A stretch of 64,000 bases of DNA, from contig NEEC01000013.1 of the NCBI GenBank assembly GCA_002189035.1, positions 62,001 to 126,000 of the forward strand, given 5' to 3'. Made by a program: the position numbers and the translations under genes. Under the pieces are notes generated by a model. That model saw nothing but the letters and a program-made list of their open reading frames with translations, searched no databases and had not been told where the DNA came from. This document shows, in pieces, positions 39,798 to 52,340 of the stretch. The DNA is from Utricularia gibba. Taxonomy: Eukaryota > Plantae > Magnoliophyta. The stretch's first letter is position 1. Each line of letters starts with the position of its first letter.

Positions 39798-39956
39798 GTC
39801 CACATCTGCCCTTTTGTACTAACCCCTATCTCTAATCATCAACAACTAGGCCTACGCCACGTACTACTACTATGCTACTACCACCTCTGCTGCTGCTGTT
39901 GGCTGTTCGCCGGCTCTTCTTTAAACATTATTTACAAATATATATTAGGGGACCCT

Positions 39957-39981
39957 GGGTTGGGTTGGGTTGGGTTGGGTT
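39957..39981 (+). repeat. (GGGTT)5 microsatellite matching the canonical G-quadruplex pattern
   Basis: Five G3 tracts separated by TT. Confidence 0.9.
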
Positions 39982-40523
39982 GTGATGCTGCTTTGAGGCT
40001 TTCGATGCTGTTAGATGCAAAATGGCGGCAGCGAGGCGAGGCCCCCCTGGCATGGCATGGGGGACACAATAACGAATCAAGTTTGGATTGGATGTGATGC
40101 GGTTTAATGAACCCATTTCCACGTGGACGCTAGTCAAATCACGATTCCTTCCTTCTCCATCTACTTACTTATTTATTATTATAGTCCGAGTTTAGGAAAA
40201 AAAGAAAAACGAAAAATGAAACCAAGTTGTATTAGAGGAAACCTAACGTGGTGCAGTGCAGCGCAGGAGAGTTGGGTGTTTTGTTGCTGTTGTTGTGGCG
40301 TGAGCTTTCGCAGACACCGCGCGCTTTGTGGGGAACGAACCGAGCACAACTACGACGACCTTCTCCTGTCCCGCTCTCCCACTCCTCTTTCTCCTTGTCT
40401 TCTTCGATCTCACCACTCTCCGGTGGTGGAGCACCCATAAGAATCGCTCGCTCTACAGGCTAACCACTTCCATCGAATCATTGTCGCCGATGAGGTAGGT
40501 TTCTGGATTTGTGCTCTGGAAAA

Positions 40524-42992
40524 ATGGTGAGGAAGAGATCCGCAGGGGAAATGATGGAGATCGTTGAAATACCAGCCGCCGGCGAGGACAGGTTTCCACG
40601 ACGCTCGGCGCTTCTCTACGGTTCTTGTTCCGATTCGAACCCTAACGCGGCTATGACGTCGCAGCAATCTGTGCCGGTTACCACCAACTTCTCGCCGATG
40701 GTTTCCCCGCCTTCTGCCAATTTCGATGTTCTAATGGCGGCGGCGAATTCTGGATCTGGTTCTGGTGTTGGAGATTCTTCTCCTGTGGTTCTGGAGAACT
40801 CCGGTGGCACTCCGCCTTCGATGTGTGTATTCTCGGGTTTGCCGTTGTTTCCTCCGGAGAGGAATACTGGCCTGCAATTGTTATCGCCTACGACCAGCTA
40901 CTCTACCGTGGATGATGATAGAACGGCGTGGGTTGACGCTGTTATTAAGGATCTGGTTCAGAGCTCCAACAATGGAGTCTCTATTCCCCAGCTAATTCTC
41001 AACGTCAGAGATATTATCCATCCTTGTAACCCCAATCTCCCGAATCTCCTTGAACAGCGACTCCGCGCTCTTTCCAACGGTCCGCTGAAGGACACTTTAC
41101 CACCGGTTTCTTTTCTCCGGCAACAGGAAAGCAACAACAATTTGTTAATCCCTCCGCCGCCGGAACAACTAAGTCAGTGGCCGCCGCAACCTCCGCCAAC
41201 ACAAGGCATCGTGATAACTCCGACTTCTTCGTCGGCGGCCGCCACTGCTCTCCCCTCCTTCCTTCCGCCATTGACTGTCTTGCCAACGCCGAGACCTCCT
41301 GCGGCGGCGGAAACCGCGGAGAAAAGTGTTTCACCGGAAGCGCTGACAACCGCTCCTCCTCCTCCAACCGTCGCCGCAGGTCCATTCCCGGAGCCGGTGA
41401 GGCAGAAAAAAGAGGAAATCCGGCACCAACAAAGAGACGAGGAAGGTCTTCATCTTCTTACTCTCCTCCTCCAATGCGCGGAGGCGGTTTCCGGCGACAA
41501 TCTCGAAGAAGCAAATAAGATCCTTCTAGAAATATCTCAGCTCGCTACCCTTTCGGCACCTCCGCTCAACGCGTCGCCGCCTATTTCTCCGAAGCCATGT
41601 CCGCGAGAATAGTGAGCTCCTGCCTAGGAATGTACTCATCTCTCCCCGCAGTTCCCCACAGCCATAAGCTCTCCTCGGCCTTCCAAATTTTCAACGGCAT
41701 CAGCCCCTTCATCAAATTCTCCCACTTCACAGCGAATCAAGCCATTCAAGAAGCCTTCGAAGGAGAAAGCAGAGTTCATATCATAGACCTTGATATAATG
41801 CAGGGCCTTCAGTGGCCGGGACTGTTTCACATTCTCGCGTCCCGGCCAGGTGGGCCACCGTTCGTTCGCCTTACAGGATTAGGGAATTCTAAGGAAGCGC
41901 TGGAAGCAACCGGAAAACGGTTGTCTGACTTTGCGGAGCGCCTTGGGTTGCCGTTCGAGTTCTTCCCACTGCCGGAAAAGGTTGGGAACTTGGACCCTGA
42001 TAAGCTCAGTCTCAGCAAAAGGGAAGCCGTCGCTGTTCATTGGCTGCAGCATTCTCTTTATGATGTTACCGGTTCAGACGCTAATACGCTATGGTTTTTA
42101 CAAAGGTACGTCCCCTAGGTTGTTCATTGTCTCTATGAGGTGTTGATTAGTGCTGGACTTGGAATAGCCTCAAGAGAAGCGAAAAGGTTACTTCTCTTAA
42201 CCTTTCGATCAGTTACGCCATACTTTGGCTACTCATTGAAAAGTGCAGCAAACTGCTTAAATTGAATGCAAAGTTCCGTTGGACCATGATCTTAAATTTG
42301 GAAATGGCCCATACCCTAACGTGATTTTAATGGCTGAGAGTGACAACACAGCATGCCCTTTATCTGTTTATGTATTTTTCCAATTCCGATATTTTGAGTT
42401 CGTTGATGATGTTGAAACCTCAAAGGTAGCTGAGATTCCCCTCTAGGACACGTCAATGCTTGTCCTCCTGCATGTTGCCGTTTCCTGTCTTCCTGCACTG
42501 GTGATCAGAGTCTTCTCTTTGATTTTCAGATTATCGCCCAAGGTCGTGACGGTGGTGGAGCAAGACCTGAGCCACGCGGGTTCCTTCCTGGGGAGATTCG
42601 TGGAAGCGATACACTACTACTCTGCTCTGTTCGACTCCTTGGGGGCATGTTATGGAGAAGAGAGTGAAGAAAGGCATGTTGTGGAGCAGCAGCTGTTGTC
42701 GAGGGAGATCAGGAATTTGCTGGCCGTCGGAGGACCGGCGAGGAGTGGGGAGGTCAAGTTCGATAACTGGAGGGAGAAGCTGGAACAGTCTGGGTTCAGG
42801 AGCGTTTCACTCTCCGGAAATGCGGCGGCACAAGCCACTCTTCTCCTCGGAATGTTCCCCTCCGATGGGTACACGTTGGTCGAGGACAACGGCACTCTCA
42901 AGCTTGGCTGGAAGGATCTCTGCTTACTTACCGCATCCGCGTGGCGGCCGCCAGTGACCAGCACCTTCATCTCCCATCATTTCCCGTCCTAG
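40524..42992 (+). CDS. SCR: SCARECROW GRAS transcription factor with a 1-bp frameshift in this sequence
   Basis: MVRKR start, [57 protein letters not shown] region, LTASAW. Single intron 42106-42529. Adding one C to CCC at 41548-41550 restores [17 protein letters not shown] and gives 681 aa. Confidence 0.95.
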
Positions 42993-43061
42993 ACTGCGAC
43001 GGGCGGGACCTGTTTTTATACGTTCCACATGTCGTCTTTGCTTCAACCTGGGACACTCGTA

Positions 43062-43098
43062 TTCTTCTTCTTCTTCTTCTTCTTCTTATTATTATTAT
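43062..43098. repeat. Compound (TTC)n(ATT)n microsatellite in the SCR 3' region
   Basis: Seen directly in the sequence. Confidence 0.9.
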
Positions 43099-43470
43099 GT
43101 CACTTGACTTTGTGCCTTCCAAGTAACGCAGATGCGGATTAGGCTGGTGAACTGATTCGTAGTTTACTGATTACCGACGGGTGGAGCAGCGGGGACATTA
43201 GCGTTTGAGACAATAGGAACCAATGATCAACTTCGCGGTGATTCACACTCCTTGGACTTCTTACTCACAAATTAAAAGAGGCCATTCGTGCAGAACATGT
43301 TAAACCTGAAGGGTGTAATGCGGTTTCTAAGTAAACTGCATCCAAACACGTAAGGTGGTGCAGTTGCGGTTTCACTACCATCAAACTTCTTTCTTGTAAA
43401 CACGAATCCCGATGAATGGCACACGACTACCAGGACAGGAACAAGCGATGGATAAAACACGAGCATCTGA

Positions 43471-46400
43471 CTAGTTCACTGCCGTTTCCGACTCCACCAC
43501 CGGAGGAATGCAGTCCACCTTGTACCGCACCACCTGTTCCATCACAGTGATACTGAGATAGTTTTGTTGGACACTCTGTATTCATGCAATTTGCTTCAGA
43601 GGCACCTTTCTGAAAAATGCTGCATATGAATTGTCCCAGACGAGCTTGTAGCTCCCAGGCAGGCACGCACAAAAGTTACCCTGTAAGGGGAAAAAGTCAA
43701 CTCACTGGAATTCATGTGAACAGCCAGAGAGCTCGGATAAGGAAATCAAAGCTTACTTGGTCAGCTTCGTAACGACGATAGGGCAAGATTTTCTGTAGGA
43801 AAAAGAAAACCAAAACTAATACGTCAAACAATGATAAACAAATGGTGGCCACCCGGACGTGCAAAACAGGTGAGGTGGAAGGGGAGTAATGGATCGAATC
43901 ATTCAAACGATAGGTTGTAATATTATAGTGGCTTACAGTTGTCTTGCCAGAGAGATCTGTGCACTCTATACTGAATCCAACATCCTGTAAGGATAAAAGA
44001 CTTAAGGGCAAAACAGCTTTGGAAAAAACAAAACAAATCTACATGGGGCATTGCAAATACTTGGTCAAAGGTCCTGTATGAAACAAAACTCACCAGAGTC
44101 ATTTTCCCCTGTACCAGTGAGAAATCCCAAGCAACATATGAATTTGTTGAATCGACAGTCACAGACAGCTGAAACAATCGAAAAGCAAATAAAAGCCGTC
44201 AAAAATTACAGAAAAATCAAAAGGCAGCATTACAGCTGCCGAAAAGAGTACTGGCAAGCGTCAAAATAAAGTTTGCAGATAACAGCATCGGGAGCATCAT
44301 TGTTCGGATTACATGTAGTCAAGACAGTCAAGTTTACGCAAGAGAACAAGTGCCAGTAAAAACTATTCATTCATTTCTAAAAATTTTAACATTGCAATGA
44401 GCAAGATAATTTAACGAAGCATTCCTCTGGTGTAAGGAGACACAGAGGTACTCACGAAATAATATAACAAACCTCGTGCATCTCCCCAGCTGGAATGCTT
44501 ATTTCCTTGTATTCTTCATATTTCCTGAGTTACACAAGGAAGGAGAGCTTGATCAGATTTCATAAAAGTATATGATCAATCATCTGGAAAACCCAACAAC
44601 TTTAGAAATGAGTGCTGATTTAGCCAGACCTGGACACTAGTGTACCAGCTTCCTCGGCAGTTATGAAAAAGGGAGAATTGGAGAAGACCACTCTGCAAAA
44701 CAGAAAAGGACACCTCAAAAATATACCCAAGCACACAATTTTTAGTTTCTACCATGTTCAAAGAAGCAAACACCTTCTAGAAGGAAGTCATAAACTAGGA
44801 ACCGAGATGTAAAAAGAATACTCATTAGCTTTTCAAAACAGCTGAACCGTGGGAATTGGTATATGGAGCGCACCATGCCTGTGCTGAATATGACCTTACA
44901 AAAAACGGCATAAGAAGGATTACCCTATGAAATCGATGAATCTTTCAAATTCAGACGCGTAGGTTGCGGCTGCAGCTTCTAAAACTGAAAACTCATCCCG
45001 TCGTCTGAAAATTACATATGCACCAATAATATTCATAGACACAATGCAGGTCAAAAGGAAGCCATATAAGCGTCATCATTAGAATGGAAGAATCCCCTAG
45101 CAAAAAAATTACAAAAAACAGCAGAGAACTCACAACTTTCTGTTTTCAAGCCGATCCCATAACAGAGTAAGAAAAATTCGGATGTGGTGCACCATTTTAG
45201 TAAGACTGTAAAGTGGAGGCCCATATCTCTCTCTTTGCTCCTCCATGGGTCTGCAAAACTATCTATGTCAGAACAAAAATAGCAAGCACTGCTGATCGTT
45301 CAGGAAATCCCAGATCATTTGGTCTCCGGTAACCAAGTGATTAGCAATTTTACTTCCCCAGAAAAGAGTAATAAAATAGTACATACCCATGATCATCATT
45401 TATCTGGCGAATAAAATCCATCAGCACCTGTAATGCATCAGTGTTAGATAATGCTTCAGCAACAAAACCTTGAGTCAAATCAAGTGTGGTCCAGAGAAAC
45501 GAAACATCATATAGAAAAAAAAAAAAACGCATGAATGAAAGTAGTGACCACACAGCAGAGAAAAATAGAATAGAGAAAGCCATCTGATAATAATATAATG
45601 ATGGAAGTGATGTGGAAATGAATTAGGAATTACCTCGGGAACTCCAACTAAATACTTCATCAGAGTCTTATAGACACCTGTTGCAGACCCAAGTTCTGCT
45701 AACTGCCGCCTTCTGCAAGCAGGTGCTTGCTTTAATACTACCAGCTTCAAAGAAAGCAATTAACACATAACAGTTCCCTACCGATCCATCTGTTGTTTCC
45801 ATAGAAGCGCGTACTTATCACGAATGCTTCCACCAGAGCTAACAAGAGCATCGATTTCAGCCTGCTTATTCCTCTCAGAGCGCTCTCTTTGTTGCCTTAT
45901 TAAGGAACCCCGAAAATCTTGGGGCATGTAGGTCATAACTATGGTAGAGGGAAAAACAAAGGATAAATAGCAGCGTCTCCTCAGTAGAATTTGAATAATG
46001 TTACTTGCAAGAGAATACTCATTTTCCATCACACATTAAGCGGATGCAAATTGGAATTTGAGACAAAGAACAAGATTACAATAAACGTATCTCATCAAAC
46101 AGACGTTAAGTTTTTGGTCCCAATGATGATATTTTAAAAAAAAAAAATAAATCTATTAAGATTGCCAGAAGTCAAGAGTTTGACCTGTATTGAACACAAA
46201 TTCAGAGTTTTTTGCTTGAAATGACACCATTATCTCCAGCGTAGACTTAAACTTCTCAAATAACCCGCGAAGCAAAGTTGCATATTCAGAATCTTCATCA
46301 TTTGACTGCTTTTTAAGCTGTAATATGACGAAACTATGCCTCATATAAGTATTCCTTCTCTTACAATTTTCCATTTCTAAAGGCAGAAACGAAACATCAC

Positions 46401-46866
46401 CGATGCAGGCCAATGAGAAACTTCTAACAAGAAAAGGATTTCTTCAATTTGTTCCCTGTTCTTCCACATGTTTTCGTCAACTTTATGCGGAGGTTCCTGC
46501 TCGGCCTCTTGTAACAATTCAATTTCTCCTAACACATCCAAAAAATAACCAATAAGCAAACCCAAAGAACAAAAATTGTTCAATGCGCCAAAAAAACAAA
46601 AGAGTCTTATTATGCCGCCTCCAAAAAACGACTTAATCTAGATCCATCACAAAAATCGAACCCAAATAACGACGCTATTCAGATTAAGAGGAAGAAGGCA
46701 AAAAACCTTGAGAAGCTGCAGATTCCTCAACTAGATCCTTGCACATATCACGAATCAGATCCGAGAGCCGCGAAACCTCGGCAGAAAGAGGATTGAAGGG
46801 ATACTTATCGTAGTAGGATGCAAGAAAAGCCCTGGTAATCGGCACCAACCCGTCGGTCGATGCCAT
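43471..46866 (-). CDS. Conserved plant protein with C-terminal GOLD-like domain (resembles Arabidopsis At5g01010 from memory)
   Basis: GT-AG exons read MASTDGLVPITRAFLASYYDKYPF, EPPHKVDENMWKNREQIEEILFLL, MTYMPQDFRGSLIRQQRERSERNKQAEIDALV, PMEEQRERYGPPLY, YVAWDFSLVQGK, KILPYRRYEADQGNF, YKLVWDNSY, VVRYKVDCIPPVVESETAVN-stop. Confidence 0.9.
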
Positions 46867-47504
46867 TTTATCCGGCGGAGTTATTCCAACGGTCGATCGG
46901 GGAAACCACAAGGGAAAGGTGGGATTAGTGATTTGGGAGGAGCGAAGTCCTTGCAGTTGCCTTTTGGTTGTCCTCGGTGGACTAAATGAAACTCAGTCCG
47001 CCAAGCACGGGCAGCCAGCCAACTCAGTCTTCAATAGGTATCATTCCTTTGTCCGAAAGAAGGTGCTTTCCAATTTTATTTGAATTATGTGCAGTGTTGG
47101 TTTCCAGATTTTTAGCAAAAAAAAAAAAAAAAAAAACAACTACAACAATCACTTATTGATCTGCTATTTTAATGCTAAACTCACATTTTTATTCCAATTA
47201 ACTGTTTAACTAAATGAGATATTTCATGATCCGACAACCTGTTTTTCTAGTCAGAAAACTGGAGGCATAATATTTCATGTCCAAAGGGTCCTCCAAATCC
47301 ACCCTGCACCTATGCTACCATGAACTCACTTGCAAGAACAAGCACTCGTTCCACAGGCTAGAGTGTGTATCATCCTGGTCAACTTCATGGTGGAAACAAC
47401 TTAAACACACATGTTGGTACCCACACCACGCTCCCTCCCAACACATGAATTTCAAGGTGAATTGGAGAGAGAAATTGAACTAATTATGAAGAAGTTTAAA
47501 CCTA

Positions 47505-49411
47505 AAAAAAGTAGGTTATATAATATTGATATAAAATAATATTATATTATTAATAGTTGTGACTTCAATATAGGTGATGGCCCATGCTGTTATTGATAGC
47601 GCCTTCGGTACATGCACAATCAATTGTAACATTAAAAGTAACATGAAGAAGATGGTGAGCACCACCCATTGTAGTGTGTCTAAGAGTACGTAAATCAAGC
47701 TCGCGATATTCATTCTCAAGAACATTTATCCCTCAACTAGTGTTCATCCAGTGAGCTTGATCTTCTATCCAATCAATAACAATCAAGTTGTCATGGTTAC
47801 TAGTGGTATCCTGAAAAAAACTCCACAACAAACTAACAATATAATAGTACAAGCAAAACGTACAACTTCTACCTCAGGAGTCTTCGCTGTAATAACAATG
47901 CACATATCATCCATCTATGTCTGGAGGGTTGATAGCACACAAATTTTCAGGTTTTAGGATATGAAAAATCATAAATTTTTAATCTTGTTTAAGTGTTTAT
48001 TTTATAGTTTTAAGTGTTTTTATGAAATTTAGGAAAATGTAATTTTTGGTGTGATTAGTGGGCTAAATCAAAGGATTTAGCCCACCCCATATCTAACCCG
48101 GTTTTGGAGTTTAGCAGCAACCCGAGAATCAAGGAAGAGATCTGAAATTTGTGCAAGTCACCAAGCTGCAGGAGATAAAGAGCACTGTTCCGCCACCTAC
48201 AGTCTGCAGGTTCAGGCTGAGAACAGTGATGGTGTCAGGAACAGTGCGTGGGAGTAAATGAGGGAAGATATTATTTTCCAAAAGGAGAGAGCGGGAAAAA
48301 GAGAACACACGGCGAGGGGGACACAAGGGGTCTTCTTCCCCAACGGGAGAAACACCAACCAGAGGGGGGAAGGGAGGCCTTCATCATCAAGAACAGCACC
48401 GGAGCCCAGTCTAGCACTATTGTTCAGGGCTGTGAACAGTAGATAGCCGGCGGAAAAACAATATCTATTTGCTTTCCGTTTTTCTGAACATTTCAAGTTT
48501 CTGCATTTGACTTGTTACAATGTTTCTGCCATTTTGGCCAGCTTATATGAATGAAATCGTGTTTTATTTCCAAAGCATGAGTGGCTAGAGTCTTAGGGAT
48601 GCCTTAAGGTGAAGGGGTGTGGTGTGTGCTTAGGGTTAATGATGAAATTTATGTGTATTCCTTAACTTTTGTTTCTAATAAACCATGGATATACATAAGG
48701 AGGGAAGCAAGTAGTTTCACAACTTAGATGCTTGGTTTAAAGGTAGACCAACAAACCAAGACGGGAGCAGTCGGTGTTAGTCCAGGGTAGAACCAGTAGA
48801 ACCGGGTAGACCTAGTTCTATATGACTTGCATGCGGGTAGACCTAATTGCAATGTGGATTATGACATTAGGGACTAGCTTAAGCCAAAAATATGATGAAT
48901 GACCTGGGTAGACTTAGGTTATTTGAAGTTGTGAGTGTAGGAAGATAATAAATTGAGTTAGGAAGCTTAGCATAACACAACCCGCAGACCCTTAAGGCGT
49001 CCTCGTATTAGTCTGAGTCAAAACCAGTACCTATTACCCTAGCGTAGAAACCTGATATTGATTACCTACCTTGTTTACTGAACTTGTTTACCACTGTTAG
49101 TCCGAGCTTAGACTATTATCCGAAATTATGCATGTACTAAAACACTTAGCAAACACAAGCTCTTCGTGATCGACCCCGAAATCCACTATACAAGTTTTCT
49201 AAATTTGTATTTTGTGTAGATTAGGGAGTATAAATTTATTTGATACGGATTTTTTATTTTTATTTGCAACGATATTAGGAAAATTCCCGTTTATCAAGGC
49301 CAATCATAATGAATTATGAATCACTAATAATGAAGGGCTCCATTACTCATGACATATAATATTAATAATATAAAGTTATTTGTGACCAATATTGTAAAAC
49401 CTACATTTTCA
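47505..49411. mobile_element. Mutator-like MITE (~0.5 kb net) interrupted by a family A solo LTR
   Basis: About 45-bp imperfect TIRs (GTAGGTTATATAATATTG.. / ..CAATATTGTAAAACCTAC). Flanking direct repeat TTTAAACCTA at 47495-47504 and 49412-49421. A paralogous empty site lies at ~56590-56645. Confidence 0.8.
47930..49296 (+). mobile_element. Family A solo LTR in the opposite orientation, 1367 bp
   Basis: TGATAGCAC...GTTTATCA, the reverse complement of the 19324 and 56646 copies. Flanks AGGGT / AGGCC (3/5). Confidence 0.9.
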
Positions 49412-49819
49412 TTTAAACCTATGTCATTGAGAGAAGTAAACATTATATCTTGGGCCAATTAAACATGTGCATGGCAGAGCACCGGGCCGATGCTAAATTA
49501 GCTTTTGCCAAATAAGTGTATAAAATAGACTTATTCTATAAATCTTTGCAAAATAGTAATACTTTTTGAAAAATAATTATTTTTATTGAATTTATATTTT
49601 ATTTGATGTATAAATACCATCCTTTAATAAACATAGTATTTTTATTTAATAATAATTTTATTTTTGAAATACAATTGATATTAAAAATGTAACTTTAAAA
49701 CGAAATATAGTTAGCTTTATTAATGATATTGTATATAATTAATTATAATGTTATATATTCAAAAATATTATGATTCATAATGTTAAAAATTTATATAAAC
49801 ATCGAACATGAAATTACTA

Positions 49820-51931
49820 TCATTCTAAGTTCAAACTAACAATGAAAATCAAATTCAATAAACAAAATCAAGTCTCAATGATGGAAATAAAATATATTGG
49901 TTCGAACACAGAGTAATACTAAGATGTCTTAAGGGTGTGCAAATGATGTGATGCTAAGATGCGTAACTTAATCTACAATGTTCCTATACTCACAACGCCA
50001 AATAAATTAGGCCTACTCAAGTCATTTATCATGTTTTCGGCTAATATAGTTCTCAATATCATCACCAACTTCGCAATTAGATTTACTCGCATGCAAAATA
50101 TATAGAACTAGGTTTACCCGTTCCATCCTTGACTTGATTTTCACTGATTTCTTTCTTTGTCCATCCTTTCTTTGTCCACGGTACGCAGTTCCTGGGAATA
50201 AGATTCCATCTCCTTTCTTTGTCCATCCTTGACTCGGTTTTCAATGATTTCTTCCGAAGAGCTGGTAATAGGAGCAAGGAATAGCCTACTCTCCCTAACA
50301 CTCTGATTGACCTTTAGGCATGGGAATAGCCTCATGTGATTCCCCCTTGGACGATTAGGAAGACAAGAGGATTCCCTTCGATTGCCTTCAAAACCGAATT
50401 GCGCGCATGTGCCCAACTGTTGCCAATGGCTAGTGGCAGGTCCGAGGTCACAACCTGTCCACTGTCGCGGAATCTAGCCCATAAACAATCCGCTACTTCC
50501 CTTGAACCGGCAAAGTTGGTGCTCTTCACCTTGATCTTTACCAAAATCCGTGAGGAGTGGTCTGCTACTCATGGACCTTGACTATGAGTTGTTACAGAAA
50601 GATTGCAACAAGACACGTGGAAGTATGCAGAATTCGAAATCAATTCAATGAAGAACCGAGTGTATTGCTCAGGACTTGGAAGGAAACTTTATCTTCTCCC
50701 AGAAACTAAAAAGTTTTAACCTAAAAGGACCCTGAAAACAAAAACGAAAAGGAAGCTAAGTGCTCTTCCTTCTTGAAAGGAGGAAAAACTCAAAAGTTCT
50801 AAGCACAACCGAAATTGTTCAAAAATTTAAAGTTCAAAAGTCTGAAACTAAGTGCTCCAAGTGGCTTTTATATTACTCCTCACGTGCATTAACTCCTTTG
50901 GGTCCCCTTCCCATCATTCCTTCTGTCTTGCGTGCACCAACAGCCTCCCTTTGCGTGCAAGTTAGTGCCCAATCGTTGCTGCAGATTCTGACATGCCGTA
51001 AGTCAGGGACCCTGACCAGTGTCAGTCTTCTGCCCACAATTGTTCCAATTCGCAGTCAAAATGTGAGAAAAAAGACTCTGACCACCTGCAATACTCCTAC
51101 AACACTCCACGACAGTCTCTTGACATGTTTCGGTCAAAGTGTGAGAAAAAAGACAGAAAATACATATAAAATAGGAAAATATGAATTTTCTAATAAAAGT
51201 CAAATACTTAATAATAAGACTCTTAATTTGGGCGACTTAATTCTAGATTAACACCTAATAAAGAACTAGAAAATGACACTTAACAGTGGAAGATAAAGCA
51301 TAACATTATTAAGATAAACTGAAGACAATAGCAAAGATATTGTAAAACAACAGTCAAAGTAACGAAATATCTAGCAAACTAAAGATAAAGTAAAGTGTTT
51401 CGTTCGTGATCTTCTACTATTCACTGCCCGTAACAGTAGCACTGAATTAGGTTTTTGATACTATTCTTTAAGTCTTTGGTTTTTCTTCTAGAGAAATCGC
51501 CTTTATCTTCCTTCCTTCGCGTTCTTTCTCTCCCTCTTGGGGTTTGGTCGTGTTCTCCTCCTCCTCTCTCCAAAAAATATCTTCCCTTCTTTTTTTTTTT
51601 CATTTTTCAAAGTTAGTACATTGCTCCTGACATCCGTATTGTTCCTGGCTTGAACTTACAGATTGCAGATGGCAGAACAATGCATTATGTCTCCTCTTTT
51701 AATGCTGCCTATTCTTCCAAATCTCTAGATGCATGAGATTTTTGTCTCCTCCATGATTTTAGAACTTTGATGATAGACTAGGAAAAAGGTTAATAACATG
51801 AAATGAGCTAAATTCCTTAATTTATGTCCTAAATTTTGGTAAAATACTAAAAACTATAAAATAAGCATTGAAAAAATGATTCGAAAGCATAATTTTATTA
51901 TTCTTAAAATAGAAAAATTTGTATGTTATCA
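49820..51931 (-). mobile_element. Family A LTR, left-truncated, interrupted by family B
   Basis: A-type blocks at ~49820-50122 and 51286-51931, ending TATGTTATCA. Confidence 0.8.
50168..51285 (-). mobile_element. Family B LTR, truncated by a deletion with filler DNA
   Basis: Matches 53440-54449 and ends GACACTTAACA at 51285. Confidence 0.85.
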
Positions 51932-52340
51932 CTAAGGTAAATTGGAAGGCTCTCAAAAAAATTGGTCAGCTCCCTTAAAATGACGTACACATCGTTTTCA
52001 CATTGTTTAGATGCTCATGGGGGTTTTCTCCAATTTTCTCATAACATTTTAGTACGAGATTGATCATAGATGGCTTGGGCTCATTTGCTCCATCATTTGG
52101 AAATCTAATGCATAGACCCCTATAGATATGATAAGCATCATCTAATTCGTTAAACGTCTTCTCATGTCCAATGGTTCGGAGCTACCTCAACTTGCTTGCT
52201 TCCATCACTTTCTTCCTATTCTAACTAATAGCTCACTCAATTTCTAGATAGAAAACAAGATTACCTACACGAGAAGAACACAATTGCATTAACTAAAACA
52301 CAAAACAATTCAACACTACTCCACCGCACCGACATCAATT

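Noticed and set aside
40123-41518. Many overlapping ORFs on both strands around SCR
   Set aside because: Shadow frames of a GC-rich CDS and its 5' UTR. An in-frame TGA at 40491 rules out an N-terminal extension beyond 40524.
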